Shown: positions 13,325 to 25,835, numbered from the stretch's first letter. The stretch: DNA of 64,000 nucleotides from Eledone cirrhosa (GCA_964016885.1 OZ024748.1:25668001-25732000), one strand, 5' to 3'. The notes: generated by a model not told the origin, from the letters alone. Translations and numbers: made by a program.

Positions 13325-13530
13325 ATTTCTAATTTAGGCACAAGGCCAGCAAATTTTTGGGAAGGGCCGAGTTGACGGAGTCAACTCCAGTGATTGACTG
13401 CTACTTTATATTATTGATCCCAGAAGGATGAAAGGCAAAGTTGACCACAGCAGGATTTGAACTGAGAACCAGAAAAAATAATACTTCAATGGCATTTTAT
13501 CCGATGCTTTATCAATTCTGGCAATTAAGC
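13325..13530 (-). mobile_element. SINE family 1, longer subfamily
   Basis: ggcacaaggccagcaa...gggaaggg...tactttat...ggatgaaaggcaaagttgacc...ggatttgaact; same subfamily at 33922-34142 and 63323-63525. Confidence 0.75.
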
Positions 13531-15263
13531 CCCCTTGTTGCACTAAATATTAAACAATTCCATTCATGACTGTGTTGACAAATGGAATGATTCCCAAGTT
13601 TTCTTTATCAAGGGAAGCAATTCAGTTTTTAAACAAATTAACACCCTTTGCACATGTATAGTGTGAATGTTATGTTATTGTGTGAGTGACAACAAAAGCC
13701 TGCAAGTTGAACACAAGAGAGATATAAATTCTTTCTATATCACAGCCAATATTTTAGTTCAAACTGATTTCGTTGTAGAAGAGCACAGGTGAAACACTTT
13801 GACCATCAGTTTCTTCAATATCATCAATAAATTAGACATAAAATCCTCCTTCTGCTTTCCACATTGGCATTGGTTTGACTGGTTGTTAAGGACTGAGATC
13901 AGACAAGTCAGAACATATTTTCAATATTATTACTGCTTAACGTCTATTTTTTTCCATATTGTCACATTCTGAGGCTTCACTGGTTGGTCAGGTGACCATG
14001 CATAACTCATATGTTTGATTTTGGGCATGGTTTCTATGGCTGGATGCCTTCCTAATGCCAACCACTTTACAGTATGACTCAAGCACTACCAATTTATAAG
14101 CTGGATTGGGTGTTATTTGTCATGGCACCAGCACATTACAACACTAGGCTGTTCATTGTGTCATTGGCTATGCTGAGGAACAGTGATGGGAGTGAGGGGT
14201 GTAAGATGAGAGGAGGGTGCAAGCTACATGCTGCTTGGCAAGAGAAGGAGGTTTGTCCCATTTTGGGAGAGAAAGCATTGGGTCATGTCTTATATTAGAA
14301 TCATTAATTTCACAATGGAATAATGTGTACACACATAAACTTGAGGCCTTTTTAATCCAATGCCCTAAAGTCTTTACCAATTCGCCACCTTATTTATAGA
14401 GTAAGCCAAGTAAAAAATATCTGTCATTTAGAGCACTTCCACAACGAATAATTTGAGTGAGACTCATGTAGTTGACTATTTTGCTACCTGGTTCTCTGAA
14501 ACAAAACCACACATTTTAATGGGTTCCACTTTAAATCAAGATCTTCAAACATAATTGGATATAAGCATCTTTTCTTAATGTTGATACAAATATCATCTTA
14601 ACAATAAAATAATTAATAATTTTAGTAAATTCATCCAAATTCTTCACTAATTAATTTAAATAGAAATATGGTAATTAAAGGGTTAATATTCTTTCAAGTT
14701 GAAATGAAATGGAGAATGTGCAGTTCACACCTATGTAGGTTTAGCTGACCTCCTACAAGGTTTCTCAAGTATTTTTTGTGATAGAGGTCTCAGTCTTATT
14801 ATGAAAATGTGAAATATAGTATCTTGCTCAAGAAAACAACATGATGCTCAGTCATCCAGGAATCAAACACATGACTTTATGATTATGATTCCAACAACAT
14901 CCTGACCAGCAGGTCACACAGCTTTGGAAAATATTGTACTGAACTTGCAGTTCCTATGGGCTCATTTTCAAGGCCAAATGCCCTTTTATGGCTGGAAGTC
15001 CTTTCCTGGCCCTCTGTATATGTAAAATGTGAAATTCTATAGTTCTGTTATTAGATAAGAAAACTAAATTCTTTCCTACCAGTTTACAGGTGTAAAGGAT
15101 TATAAGTCTATATTATATTATCACATTTGCCAGTAGATAAGTTTGGAAAATTAAGAAATATTTTTGTAATCATCATTTTTAAAATCCAAAAGGATTAACG
15201 CATTTGATATCTTCACTGGTAGAATATCATTAATATACCTTCATTAGTGGAATCATAAATATG

Positions 15264-15740
15264 TCCTGAATATATTTTTTATCCAGTTAGTAAAAGAAGT
15301 TGGATTACTTTGAATAAATATTGAATGAATATTACATAATTTATGTACTAAATTTCGTAGCTGTTGATTAAACATAAATATTCTTATATACAATGATTGC
15401 TTATTTTAAGATTCACTTCTTTTAAAATTTTCAAATGTCAACACTTCCGGTTATGATATAACGGATGCTATATTATATTGATTATATAAACGTTCATATA
15501 TTTGCATCGTTATATCATAACGTTTATATTTCTGTCGCTAATTTTCTCCTTTTTCATTTTCATTACATTTCACCGTAATGCAGTTTATATATAATATTAT
15601 CTTTTTTAAATGTATCATGGATTACTTTACTGATTACAGAAGAGAGTGTAACACAGTCTCTCTTCAATTTCTGTGCATATTCTCAATTACGATTTTATTT
15701 GACATATAATATCTACACCTGAAGGCTGGTTTTCTGCTAG
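15264..15740 (+). mobile_element. Non-autonomous Helitron-like element, 5'-truncated
   Basis: Collinear with 33461-33899 (tcc.gaatat...gttggattactttgaataaata...gtcaacacttccggtt...) and ends ttttctgCTAG|t. Confidence 0.7.
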
Positions 15741-15741
15741 T

Positions 15742-17092
15742 ATCATTAATGTATCTTCACTAGTGGGATATCATTAATGTATCTTCACTAGTGGAATATC
15801 ATTAATGTATCTTCACTAGTGGGATATCATTAATGTATCTTCACTAGTGGGATATCATTAATGTATCTTCACTAGTGGGATATCATTAATGTATCTTCAC
15901 TAGTGGGATATCATTAATGTATCTTCACTAGTGGGATATCATTAATGTATCTTCACTAGTGGAATATCATTAATGTATCTTCACTAGTGGAATATCATTA
16001 ATGTATCTTCACTAGTGGGATATCATTAATGTATCTTCACTAGTGGGATATCATTAATGTATCTTCACTAGTGGAATATCATTAATATCTTCACTAGTGG
16101 AATATCATTAATGTATCTTCACTAGTGGAATATCATTAATGTATCTTCACTAGTAGAATATCATTAATATATCTTCACTAGTGGAATATCATTAATATCT
16201 TCACTAGTGGAATATCATTAATATCTTCACTAGTGGAATATCATTAATGTATCTTCACTAGTGGAATATCATTAATATCTTCACTAGTGGAATATCATTA
16301 ATGTATCTTCACTAGTGGGATATCATTAATATATCTTCACTAGTGGAATATCATTAATATCTTCACTAGTGGAATATCATTAATATATCTTCACTAGTGG
16401 AATATCATTAATGTATCTTCATTAGTGGGATATCATTAATGTATCTTCACTAGTGGAATATCATTAATATCTTCACTAGTGGAATATCATTAATATATCT
16501 TCACTAGTGGAATATCATTAATATCTTCACTAGTGGAATATCATTAATATATCTTCATTAGTGGAATATCATTAATGTATCTTCATTAGTGGAATATCAT
16601 TAATATCTTCATTAGTGGAATATCATTAATGTATCTTAGGGCGGTGGATTGGCAGTATCGGTAGAGGGTCGGATGCCATGCTTTCTAGCATAGTTACGTC
16701 CCTTTACGGTCTGAGTTCAAATCCCGTCGAGGTTAACTTTGCCTTTCATCCTTACAGGGTCGATAAAATAAAGTACCAGTAATGTACTGAGTAATTGATG
16801 GCCTTGTGCCAAATGTAGAAACAATTAATATATCTTCACTAGTGGAATATCATTAATATCTTTGCTAGTGGAATATCATTAATATCTTTGCTAGTGGAAT
16901 ATCATTAATATCTTTGCTAGTGGAATATCATTAATATCTTCACTAGTGGAATATCATTAATATCTTCACTAGTGGAATATCATTAATATCTTCACTAGTG
17001 GAATATCATTAATATATCTTCACTAGTGGAATATCATTAATATCTTCACTAGTGGAATATCATTAATATCTTCACTCGTGGAATATCCTTAA
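15742..17092. repeat. 26/28-bp quasi-palindromic minisatellite (~40 units) interrupted by a SINE
   Basis: Unit atcattaat(gt/at/-)atcttcactagtgg(g/a)at; diverged precursor units at about 15205-15262 on the other side of the Helitron. Confidence 0.95.
16638..16823 (+). mobile_element. SINE family 1, full length, inserted in the minisatellite
   Basis: A box tggcagtatcgg, B box gagttcaaatcc, core ctttgcctttcatccttac.gggtcgataaaataaagtaccag; flanked by attaat(g/a)tatctt at 16625-16637 and 16824-16836. Confidence 0.9.
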
Positions 17093-17559
17093 TAATTTCA
17101 AATGAGAAGTGACTTCAATGAATCAGAAGACCAGACTGTAGAGTGACATCTTCATCACTTAATGTCTGCTATCCTTGCTAGCAAGGGTTGACTTCCTATT
17201 GGAATATCATATATATTTCTAAACAAACAGTGGGATCCAGTTTTCAACATCTGCAAAGGCTAGTTACTTTTACAGCATCAGAATTAATCCAAATAAATGT
17301 GGGAGCAAGTAAAGTAAAATATGGAGAGGGGCAGAGATAAAGAATGAAAAAATTGAATGGGCAGTCACATATGGTTGTGTTTGTTGCTGAAGACCACCAC
17401 ATCTATTTTACTTTACTTACCCCCTTCCCCTTTCCCTGTCATCCAAATAAAAATATCTGAGCAAACATTAACATGGTAAGTGGGAAAGAATACCAAAAAT
17501 ATTCAAATCATTTTCTTTTTATTTTTTCATTTGAATTTTCATGATCCACATTTTAGTGA

Positions 17560-19430
17560 TAATGTTGGTGCCACGATAAAATACACCCAGTCCACTCTGT
17601 AAAGTGGTAGTGTTGGTGCCACGATAAAATGAACCCAGTCCAGTCTGTAAAGTGGTAATTCTTGTGCCACAATAAAATGCATCTAGTCCACACTGTAAAG
17701 TGGTAGTGTTGGTGCCCTGATAAAATACACTTAGCCCACACTGTAAAGTGTTAGTGCTGGTGCCATTATAATATGCCCCCGGCCCACTCTGTAAAGTGGT
17801 TGTGTTGGTGCCATGATAATATGCTCCTAGTCCACACTGTAAGGTGGTAGTACTGGTGCCATGATAAAATACACCCAGCCTACACTGTAAAGTGGTAGTG
17901 CTGGTGCCATGATAAAATACAACCAGTGCACACTGTAAAGTGGTAGTGCTGGTGCCATGATAAAATACAACCAGTCCACACTGTAAGGTGGTAGTGCTGG
18001 TGCCATGATAAAATACAACCAGTCCACATTGTAAGGTGGTAGTGCTGGTGCCATGATAAAATACAACCAGTCCACACTGTAAAGTAGTAGTGCTGGTGCC
18101 ATGATAAAATACAACCAGTCCACACTGTAAAGTGGTAGTGCTGGTGCCATGATAAAATACAACCAGTGCACACTGTAAAGTAGTAGTGCTGGTGCCATGA
18201 TAAAATACAACCAGTCCACACTGTAAGGTGGTAGTGCTGGTGCCATGATAAAATACAACCAGTCCACACTGTAAGGTGGTAGTGCTGGTGCCATGATAAA
18301 ATACAACCAGTCCACACTGTAAGGTGGTAGTGCTGGTGCCATGATAAAATACAACCAGTGCACACTGTAAAGTGGTAGTGCTGGTGCCATGATAAAATAC
18401 AACCAGTCCACACTGTAAGGTGGTAGTGCTGGTGCCATGATAAAATACAACCAGTCCACACTGTAAGGTGGTAGTGCTGGTGCCATGATAAAATACAACC
18501 AGTGCACACTGTAAAGTAGTAGTGCTGGTGCCATGATAAAATACAACCAGTCCACACTGTAAAGTGGTAGTGCTGGTGCCATGATAAAATACAACCAGTG
18601 CACACTGTAAAGTAGTAGTGCTGGTGCCATGATAAAATACAACCAGTCCACACTGTAAGGTGGTAGTGCTGGTGCCATGATAAAATACAACTAGTCCACA
18701 CTGTAAGGTGGTAGTGCTGGTGCCATGATAAAATACAACCAGTGCACACTGTAAAGTAGTAGTGCTGGTGCCATGATAAAATACAACCAGTGCACACTGT
18801 AAAGTAGTAGTGCTGGTGCCATGATAAAATACAACCAGTCCACACTGTAAGGTGGTAGTGCTGGTGCCATGATAAAATACACCCAGTGCACACTGTAAAG
18901 TAGTAGTGCTGGTGCCATGATAAAATACAACCAGTGCACACTGTAAGGTGGTAGTGCTGGTGCCATGATAAAATACAACCAGTGCACACTGTAAAGTAGT
19001 AGTGCTGGTGCCATGATAAAATACAACCAGTGCACACTGTAAAGTAGTAGTGCTGGTGCCATGATAAAATACAACCAGTGCACACTGTAAAGTAGTAGTG
19101 CTGGTGCCATGATAAAATACAACCAGTGCACACTGTAAAGTAGTAGTGCTGGTGCCATGATAAAATACAACCAGTCCACACTGTAAAGTGGTAGTGCTGG
19201 TGCCATGATAAAATACAACCAGTGCACACTGTAAAGTAGTAGTGCTGGTGCCATGATAAAATACAACCAGTGCACACTGTAAAGTAGTAATGCTGGTGCC
19301 ATGATAAAATACAACCAGTCCACACTGTAAGGTGGTAGTGCTGGTGCCATGATAAAATACACCCAGTGCACACTGTGAAGTGGTTGGCATTATGAAAGGC
19401 ATTAAGACATAAAAACAATGGCAAAAATGT
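17560..19430 (+). repeat. 48-bp minisatellite (~38 units) inside an RTE-tail/SINE element
   Basis: Unit ggtgccatgataaaatacaaccagt(c/g)cacactgtaa(a/g)gt(g/a)gtagtgct, ending in 'gtggttggcattatgaaaggcatt' (the RTE/SINE tail motif). Explains the 627, 514, 287 and 226 aa ORFs. Confidence 0.95.
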
Positions 19431-19450
19431 TTGTGCTAAATATGGTTATC

Positions 19451-19462
19451 TGCACACATGCG

Positions 19463-19534
<72 letters not shown>
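19451..19534. repeat. (CG)n-(CA)n alternating purine-pyrimidine tract
   Basis: tgcacacatgcgcgcgcgcg followed by about 32 CA units. Confidence 0.95.
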
Positions 19535-19536
<2 letters not shown>

Positions 19537-19583
19537 GAGCAATTGTAGAACAACAACACACATGTGATGTTTTATTTACTTAC

Positions 19584-19831
19584 CTGTGCTAAGCTATGAG
19601 CACTGCTGTTTGGTGTACCAGTAGTGGTAACCAGTGTCCCTGAACTGGAAGTTGACTGGCTGCTAGTACTGTGGCTATCATAAGGTTTCGATTGAAAGCA
19701 AGTCCTTTGTGAATGATTAGGTGTGCTTGGTAATGTGGAAGCAGACGTTGAAGTGGTAGAGGTACCAGCAGCAACTGCACTTACAGATGCTAAAATTTGG
19801 GGATACCTGGTTTGAACAATTTTCTGGCAAG
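19584..19831 (-). CDS. AGAP1: AGAP coding exon, end of GTPase-like domain plus Ser/Thr-rich linker, 248 nt
   Basis: tttcag|CT TGC CAG AAA ATT GTT ... GCA CAG|gtaagt; (A)CQKIVQTRYPQILASVSAVAAGTSTTSTSASTLPSTPNHSQRTCFQSKPYDSHSTSSQSTSSSGTLVTTTGTPNSSAHSLAQ; continues FQD-ACQKIV and contains LPSTPNHS as in AGAP proteins; phase 1 in, 0 out. This frame is not in the supplied ORF track. Confidence 0.9.
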
Positions 19832-21314
19832 CTGAAATAGGTATAGATTTTTGGAATGTATTATTTTTTTATATTTTTTTAATTATATTATTTTCATATT
19901 TTTTAAATATATCACATTTAAAAAAATATATTTTTATATTTCTAAAATATATTATTTACATTTTTAAAAAAAGGTATATTATTTTTTTAACTATATTATT
20001 TTTATATATTTCTCCCTCTCATCTATTCACATTGTAAATTATTGTAGGGATTTTTTTTAATCCTCAATATTAATTTTATGTCAAAAAGTGATATATTATT
20101 ATTAAATCATGAAATAAGGTATGATACACACAAATAATTCAACTTAGAAGAGGGTTGTAAAATTATTAACACTCTTATTTCTATTGAGGACAGTTTTAAA
20201 ACTGCAGTCATAACAATTGAGATTCAAATGATTTAGACTAAATTTTTTGGCCAGTTTAATAGTTTTTGTTTTTCAAATATTGCTTATCTATTTACAATGT
20301 GTGTAATCTTACAAAATAGAGTATAATTAAATTTTAACAATTGTACAATAATAAGTTTCCTGCAGCTATTAATTATGACTGACTGCAACAATTAAATTTA
20401 CTGGCATTAATTATTAATCTATATTAAGTTCTTACCGGGGGGGCGCATTATAATTTCATCATCATTATCATCATTTTTACATTACATTCAATTTTTCCAT
20501 GTTGGACAGAAAATTGTTTAGGTCATTGTTTTATTAACCTATATTAAGTTTCTATCAGGAGTGAAGTGTGAGCATTTTGATTTCATCATCATTTTTACAT
20601 TCAATTTTCCATGTTGGCATGAGTTGGATGGGAATTTTTTTGAGGCTGTTATTTTATTAACCTATATTTCATCATCATCATTATTTATTATTGGCATGGA
20701 TTGGACAGGAATTTTAAGGAATTTAAAGCAATTTAAAGGCCATTGTTTTATAGCCAGATGGCCTTCTTGATGTCAACCCATCTAGTCACTTTTTACAGCA
20801 CACAGATATGCTGCACATACCTATAAGTATGCATGTATTTATGAAAACTAACTCAACATTAGATATGTCACCTAATTAGTAATTTAATATTTAAACTTGT
20901 CTCTAATTTGGCTAATTGTAGGAACTGACTAAAATGCTGAGCAGAAAAGGAATTTAATAATTATAAATGTTTTTAGATAATTTTGCATGTATCGGTTTTT
21001 AGAATAGGTACAACCTATCTTGGCATGTTCTATGAGGCAACTAAAGGGGTGTCAGGAAATGCATCCAGCTGCAAAACATTGTCTCAAAACATCTCTTCCA
21101 ACTCATACCAGCATGAAAACGTGGATGTGATGATGATGATGATTATTTATCAAGATATGTTTTAAAAACAATCCACAATAAAGTGGATATATCTGACCAC
21201 CAGTTAATATCAATATTTTACTGAAACTACTTGTAATGTTGAAACTATTTCTCACTTCTAAGCAATTAGATGGCTTGTAAATGAGAAACAACAATTCTTT
21301 AAGATGTTAAATGA

Positions 21315-21505
21315 TAATTGTTTCTACTTTTGGCACAAGACCAGCAATTACCCAGTGCATTACTGGTACTTTATTTTATCAACCCCGTAAGGATGAAAGG
21401 CAAAGTTAACCTCGGCGGGACTTGAACTCAGAATGGAAAGGGGCGTAACTCTATGCGTCAAAGCATGCCGTCCGACCCTCTACTGATACCGCCAATCCAT
21501 CTCAA
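21315..21505 (-). mobile_element. SINE family 1, near full length
   Basis: Reverse complement of the 16638 copy (ttgtttctactttt...ggatgaaaggcaaagttaacctcggcggga...gataccgccaatcca). Confidence 0.9.
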
Positions 21506-22432
21506 TGATAATGATGATGAAGACATGCCACTCCAAAAACTCCCACACTTTTCAACAGACAATCTACATTGATCATATGGAGGAAATATTAACATAAGAA
21601 CTAGAAAAAAAAACATTTAATTTATGAATGAAACTATTCACTTTTTGCATTCCTAAAAATAGCAGCAATTCAAGAGAGCAGTGAAATCACAATATTGCTA
21701 CACATTACCAAATCCATTATAAACATAGCTGCTTTGGATTTGTTTTTTGTTTTGTTTTTTCTTGCCTTTGTTTGTATTGGAAAACTATATCTGAAGATAT
21801 TTGTATATTTTAGACATTTTTTTCCTAATGATAATGTATTTTAGATTAAAATTATGATAAAAGGTTAGTGAAGGATGTGATGTAATGAGGATAGTGGCCA
21901 TGGAAACACTATCATCACTGGTTGTGGAGATGGCAGGGAAGAAATAAGCACTAGCATGGTTGTGGGGGTTAAAAGTTCATTCTGATACCATGTGGTAATG
22001 TGGTTTGGTGGGTACCTCCTCACTATAGCCTAACATGTGACAACATCTTGAATGTTGATGCCATGATAAAATCCCCCTGTACATCATGTAAATTGTTAGT
22101 GTTGGTGCCACAATAAAATACACCCAGTTCATTCTGTAATGTGGTACATCTGGTGTCATGAAAAAATGCACCCATTACATCCTGTAAGGTGGCTGGCATT
22201 AGGCAGAGCATCCAGTTGTAGAAACCATGTCAAGTATGGAATATAATGAACAAGCTGAGTAGTTCTGAACCATCTGGACTCGACCATGACAACCTGTCCA
22301 ACCAATGCCAGTGTAGAAAGTGGATGTAATGATAATGATGTAATGATGTGTGTATACACATGCATGCTGACACACATATATATATATCATCAACATCATC
22401 ATTGTTTAACGTCCATCTGCCATGCTAGCATG

Positions 22433-22468
<36 letters not shown>

Positions 22469-23190
22469 GATAAACTTGGGAAAATTAACAAACAGGACAA
22501 GACAACAAACGAAAACAAGGTAAAACGAAAAACAATTTTTTTAAGGGGAAACCTCAAAAAATTATTTTTTGAAAATAAAAATACAAACGAAAGACAGAAC
22601 TCCAGGGTCATCAGCTGTTGAGAGGGACTTTCGCAGTTTTGACCCGTACTAACAGTACTACTGGTCCACCCAGGGTCACAGCATCTGACACAAGCCAAAG
22701 TGCTGTCCAGTGGAGTAAGAAACAAAACAGTAACTTATAGCAATTAAGCTGACAAGTACACATAGAATTTTATGTGACACCAGGGAGAAAGTATTGTACT
22801 TTTGTAGCACGAAAGTCTCATGAGTGAAACAAAGGAAAAAAAGAAGGAAGGAAAGGGAAGGGAAGGAAAAAGGCAAGAAGAAGAAAGAAAGATATTGTGT
22901 TAAAAAATGTAAGCCATTGAAATTAATACATATAAACACACGGGGGGACCCATGCAACCATAACTCTAAAACACATGCCGAAGTAGAAACTTGATTGAAA
23001 TTAACATTAGTATCAACATAAGTGAAAGGAATACACATTTGAAAAGGTTTAGGGTTTATCAATTAAAACTATGTCTAAGTGCAGGAAATGTGAAGATGAT
23101 CACAGTCCCAGTGTAAACACATTAATTTCCATTACCAAATTCCAATGGAAGGTAATAATATAAACAGGAAAAAACATATATTAACATTAG
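22469..23190 (-). mobile_element. Unclassified repeat-like insertion next to a (TA)n tract, possibly Penelope-like
   Basis: Composition differs from the flanks, begins at a TA microsatellite, has a T-rich minus-strand end and a CTGATGA at 22608-22614; right boundary approximate. Confidence 0.3.
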
Positions 23191-23329
23191 TATGCTACTG
23201 GAAGCAACACTTTCTATAGACTGTACTCTGTTTATGTCTTCTTGTAAACACTTCACCTAAAATACCATTCCAAGAAACGGGAGAGGTGTTTGAGAAAATA
23301 GAAATATTTAATAGATACGGGTTTTCTTC

Positions 23330-23570
23330 TAGGATTATGTAATGTGCATGGATGATGATTGCTGGGTGAATAAATGCCATGTAATCCCAGTGGAGGGCAA
23401 CTGCAGTAGAGGAAGAACAAGAAGACCTGAATGGAAGTGGTGAGAGCTGATCTCAGATTGCTAAAGCATACAGAGGAGATGACAAAGGAACACGGCAATT
23501 GGAGAGATGCTGTGAGAAGGATCCATCCAACCCATGCAGGCAGCAGAACAATAGATGTATGATGATGATA
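23330..23570 (+). mobile_element. Old RTE-type LINE 3' fragment
   Basis: Translates MDDDCWVNKCHVIPVEGNCSRGRTRR... then ...EVVRADLR..., similar to the C-terminus of the ORF at 60513-61405; ends ccaacccatgc...gatgatgat. Confidence 0.65.
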
Positions 23571-25264
23571 AGTCAAAATATGAAATGATGATCTTTTGAT
23601 AAAGATATATTCCTAAAACTCTTAAAAAGAATGTTATAAGGTAGCGGAACAAATATTTGGATCAAAAAAGAGAATTAACTTTTCCGATACCAAACTGCTT
23701 GAAACTGCCTCTTGTTATATGATGGAAAATTGTTTATTTTAAAGTGTTTATATTTATCTAAAAACCTTCCATTATAATTTTATATAAGAACCTTTGTTAA
23801 GTTATGTTCCAAACACCAGCTTAATAACAAGTAACTTATATTAATAAATCCCTCCAAATTCTTGATTATTTTCACAGTTATTTGAAATCATAAGCAGTGA
23901 CTTTCATTGTAAATATAGTAATGAAAAAGTTAACATTTTTGAAGAGAATATCTTTTGAAAAGTATACAAAACTATATTTCTAAAGTGGAACACATTGGCT
24001 AGAATATTAAATGTTTTGCTTGTTTGTTTGTGAGTGGTGATGGAAGGATTAATCTACAATGACAGCTTGGTACTCCACTGGAGATACTAGATAAGATCTT
24101 TTATCAAGATGACACAGTTCTTGGGGTAGAATTAAAGCCAGGGTGGAGTAATTTAAGGTGACTAAAATGAGGTCTGTATGGAAGAAATATACCTAATGCA
24201 AGCTATTAGCAGGTATGTGTTAAAGGTGTGATGTTTATAGTACATGTGTTTTGTTTTTTGATTTTTAACTTAATCCAGAGAAGCTGGACCAAGTTCACTT
24301 GCAGTCCTTTCTAAACTGAAGAGATTGATGTGGTTGCTGATCAGCCTCAACTTAAGTATATTGGTGAAGGAAAACACTGAGATGGGGAGTGGGGGATGTT
24401 TCAGAGAATTGCACTTTTATGATGAAGTGTTTTTTAGTTAATCTGAATGAAAAGAATAACTAATTCAAAATAACATTTTCCAAGTTCATTTTTTCTTTCA
24501 ACCAAATATTGAGCAGTTTTTTTACTTCACTATTAAAAATGCCCATAAAAAATATACCCTTAAAAACACACTCTTAAAAAAATGTCCTTAAAATATACCC
24601 TAAAAATATGTTCTTAAATTTTAAGATAGTTTAATTGAGAAACATTTTATGACATATATGAACTTTGAAGATTTGCAGAGGTAAGAAGAATCCTGAAATA
24701 ATGAACAAAGCAACTTAAGAACAATTATTGCTAGTAGGCTTCAGATCTTCATATACATTCTATCATTGCAGTTGTGAACATCACAATTTCATGAACAAAC
24801 ACATCTGTGAAGGGTTTTATCTGGATAATACGTTCTTCAGATAAATAGCTACAACAGCAAGAATGTAAAATACCATCATTTATTTGTAATGGTACATATA
24901 ACCCATTTATTATATAGTTAATGGCACTGTCTCCAACACAATGTCCAAGAAATCACGCATCGACAAAATATTTCTCTTTAATAAAGAGAAACGGTTTATA
25001 GTTTACAGATAACGGTTTATATTTGCAGATATTTACAGTGAAAATATGGGATATACTGTTATAATTATGAGTTTATGTATGGGATATCACTCTACTTATA
25101 TAGTTATGTAGGATATCACTGCTATTCTTATAATTATAAATACTAGTTTAGATATATATCACTGCTGAAGTTGGTACATTTGTACAAATTTGGTACTAAT
25201 TGCCCTTAATTTGACTTTTCTGTACATTTGATACCAGGTCCAGATTTTTTGGTATGTTTTAGAG

Positions 25265-25584
25265 AAGGGGCGTGCAACAGGCAGCCCGCAGGGCACAATC
25301 TGGCTCGCCAGATCAGTCAGAGTGGCCCGCGATGACCATTTAAAATTTTTACCTTGTAGACTTATTCAGAATTTTTTTTTGTAACTGCAATACAATTTTC
25401 TGTTAGTTGACCTACACTAAAGGGCTTTACTGATAAGGTTGTGTGTGTTACAATTTCCCAGTTCCATGTTATGGAAAGAAGTTGTGGTGAATCTTTGGAA
25501 TAGTGCTTAATAAATATTAATGGCTCTAATAGTTGTTCCAATGTTCAAAAGTGGCCTGCCAATGTAATATGTTGCACACCCCTG
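25265..25584. mobile_element. hAT (Charlie-like) MITE
   Basis: TIRs aaggggcgtgcaaca / tgttgcacacccctg; perfect 8-bp TSD ttttagag at 25257-25264 and 25585-25592; internal gcccgc motifs. Confidence 0.88.
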
Positions 25585-25671
25585 TTTTAGAGAGTGTGGT
25601 GGCTTTGCAAATTTGGCGTAATTGATAATCTAAAATCACCATTTAATGATTTAACATTTATCAGTTATAAC

Positions 25672-25835
25672 AACGTTTCTACTTTTGGCACAAGGCCAGC
25701 AATTACCCTAGTACTGGTACTTTATTTTATCGACCCCGTAAGGATGAAAGGCAAAGTTAACTTCAGCAGGATTTGAACTCAGAATGTAAAGGGCCGTAAC
25801 TCTATGTTGCAAAGCATGGTGTCCAACCCTCTACT
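25672..25835 (-). mobile_element. SINE family 1 nested in the hAT remnant
   Basis: gtttctacttttggcacaaggccagcaatt...ggatgaaaggcaaagttaac...ggatttgaactcaga. Confidence 0.88.

Noticed and set aside
16638-16730. tRNA gene suggested by A and B boxes
   Set aside because: No cloverleaf; it is the head of a multi-copy SINE.
17519-19424. Long repeat ORFs as real genes, or the array as a CRISPR locus
   Set aside because: Pure 48-bp tandem repeat with no unique spacers, derived from a retroelement tail, in a eukaryotic intron with no cas genes.
19589-19780. 63-aa ORF in the track
   Set aside because: Wrong frame of the real AGAP exon 19584-19831.
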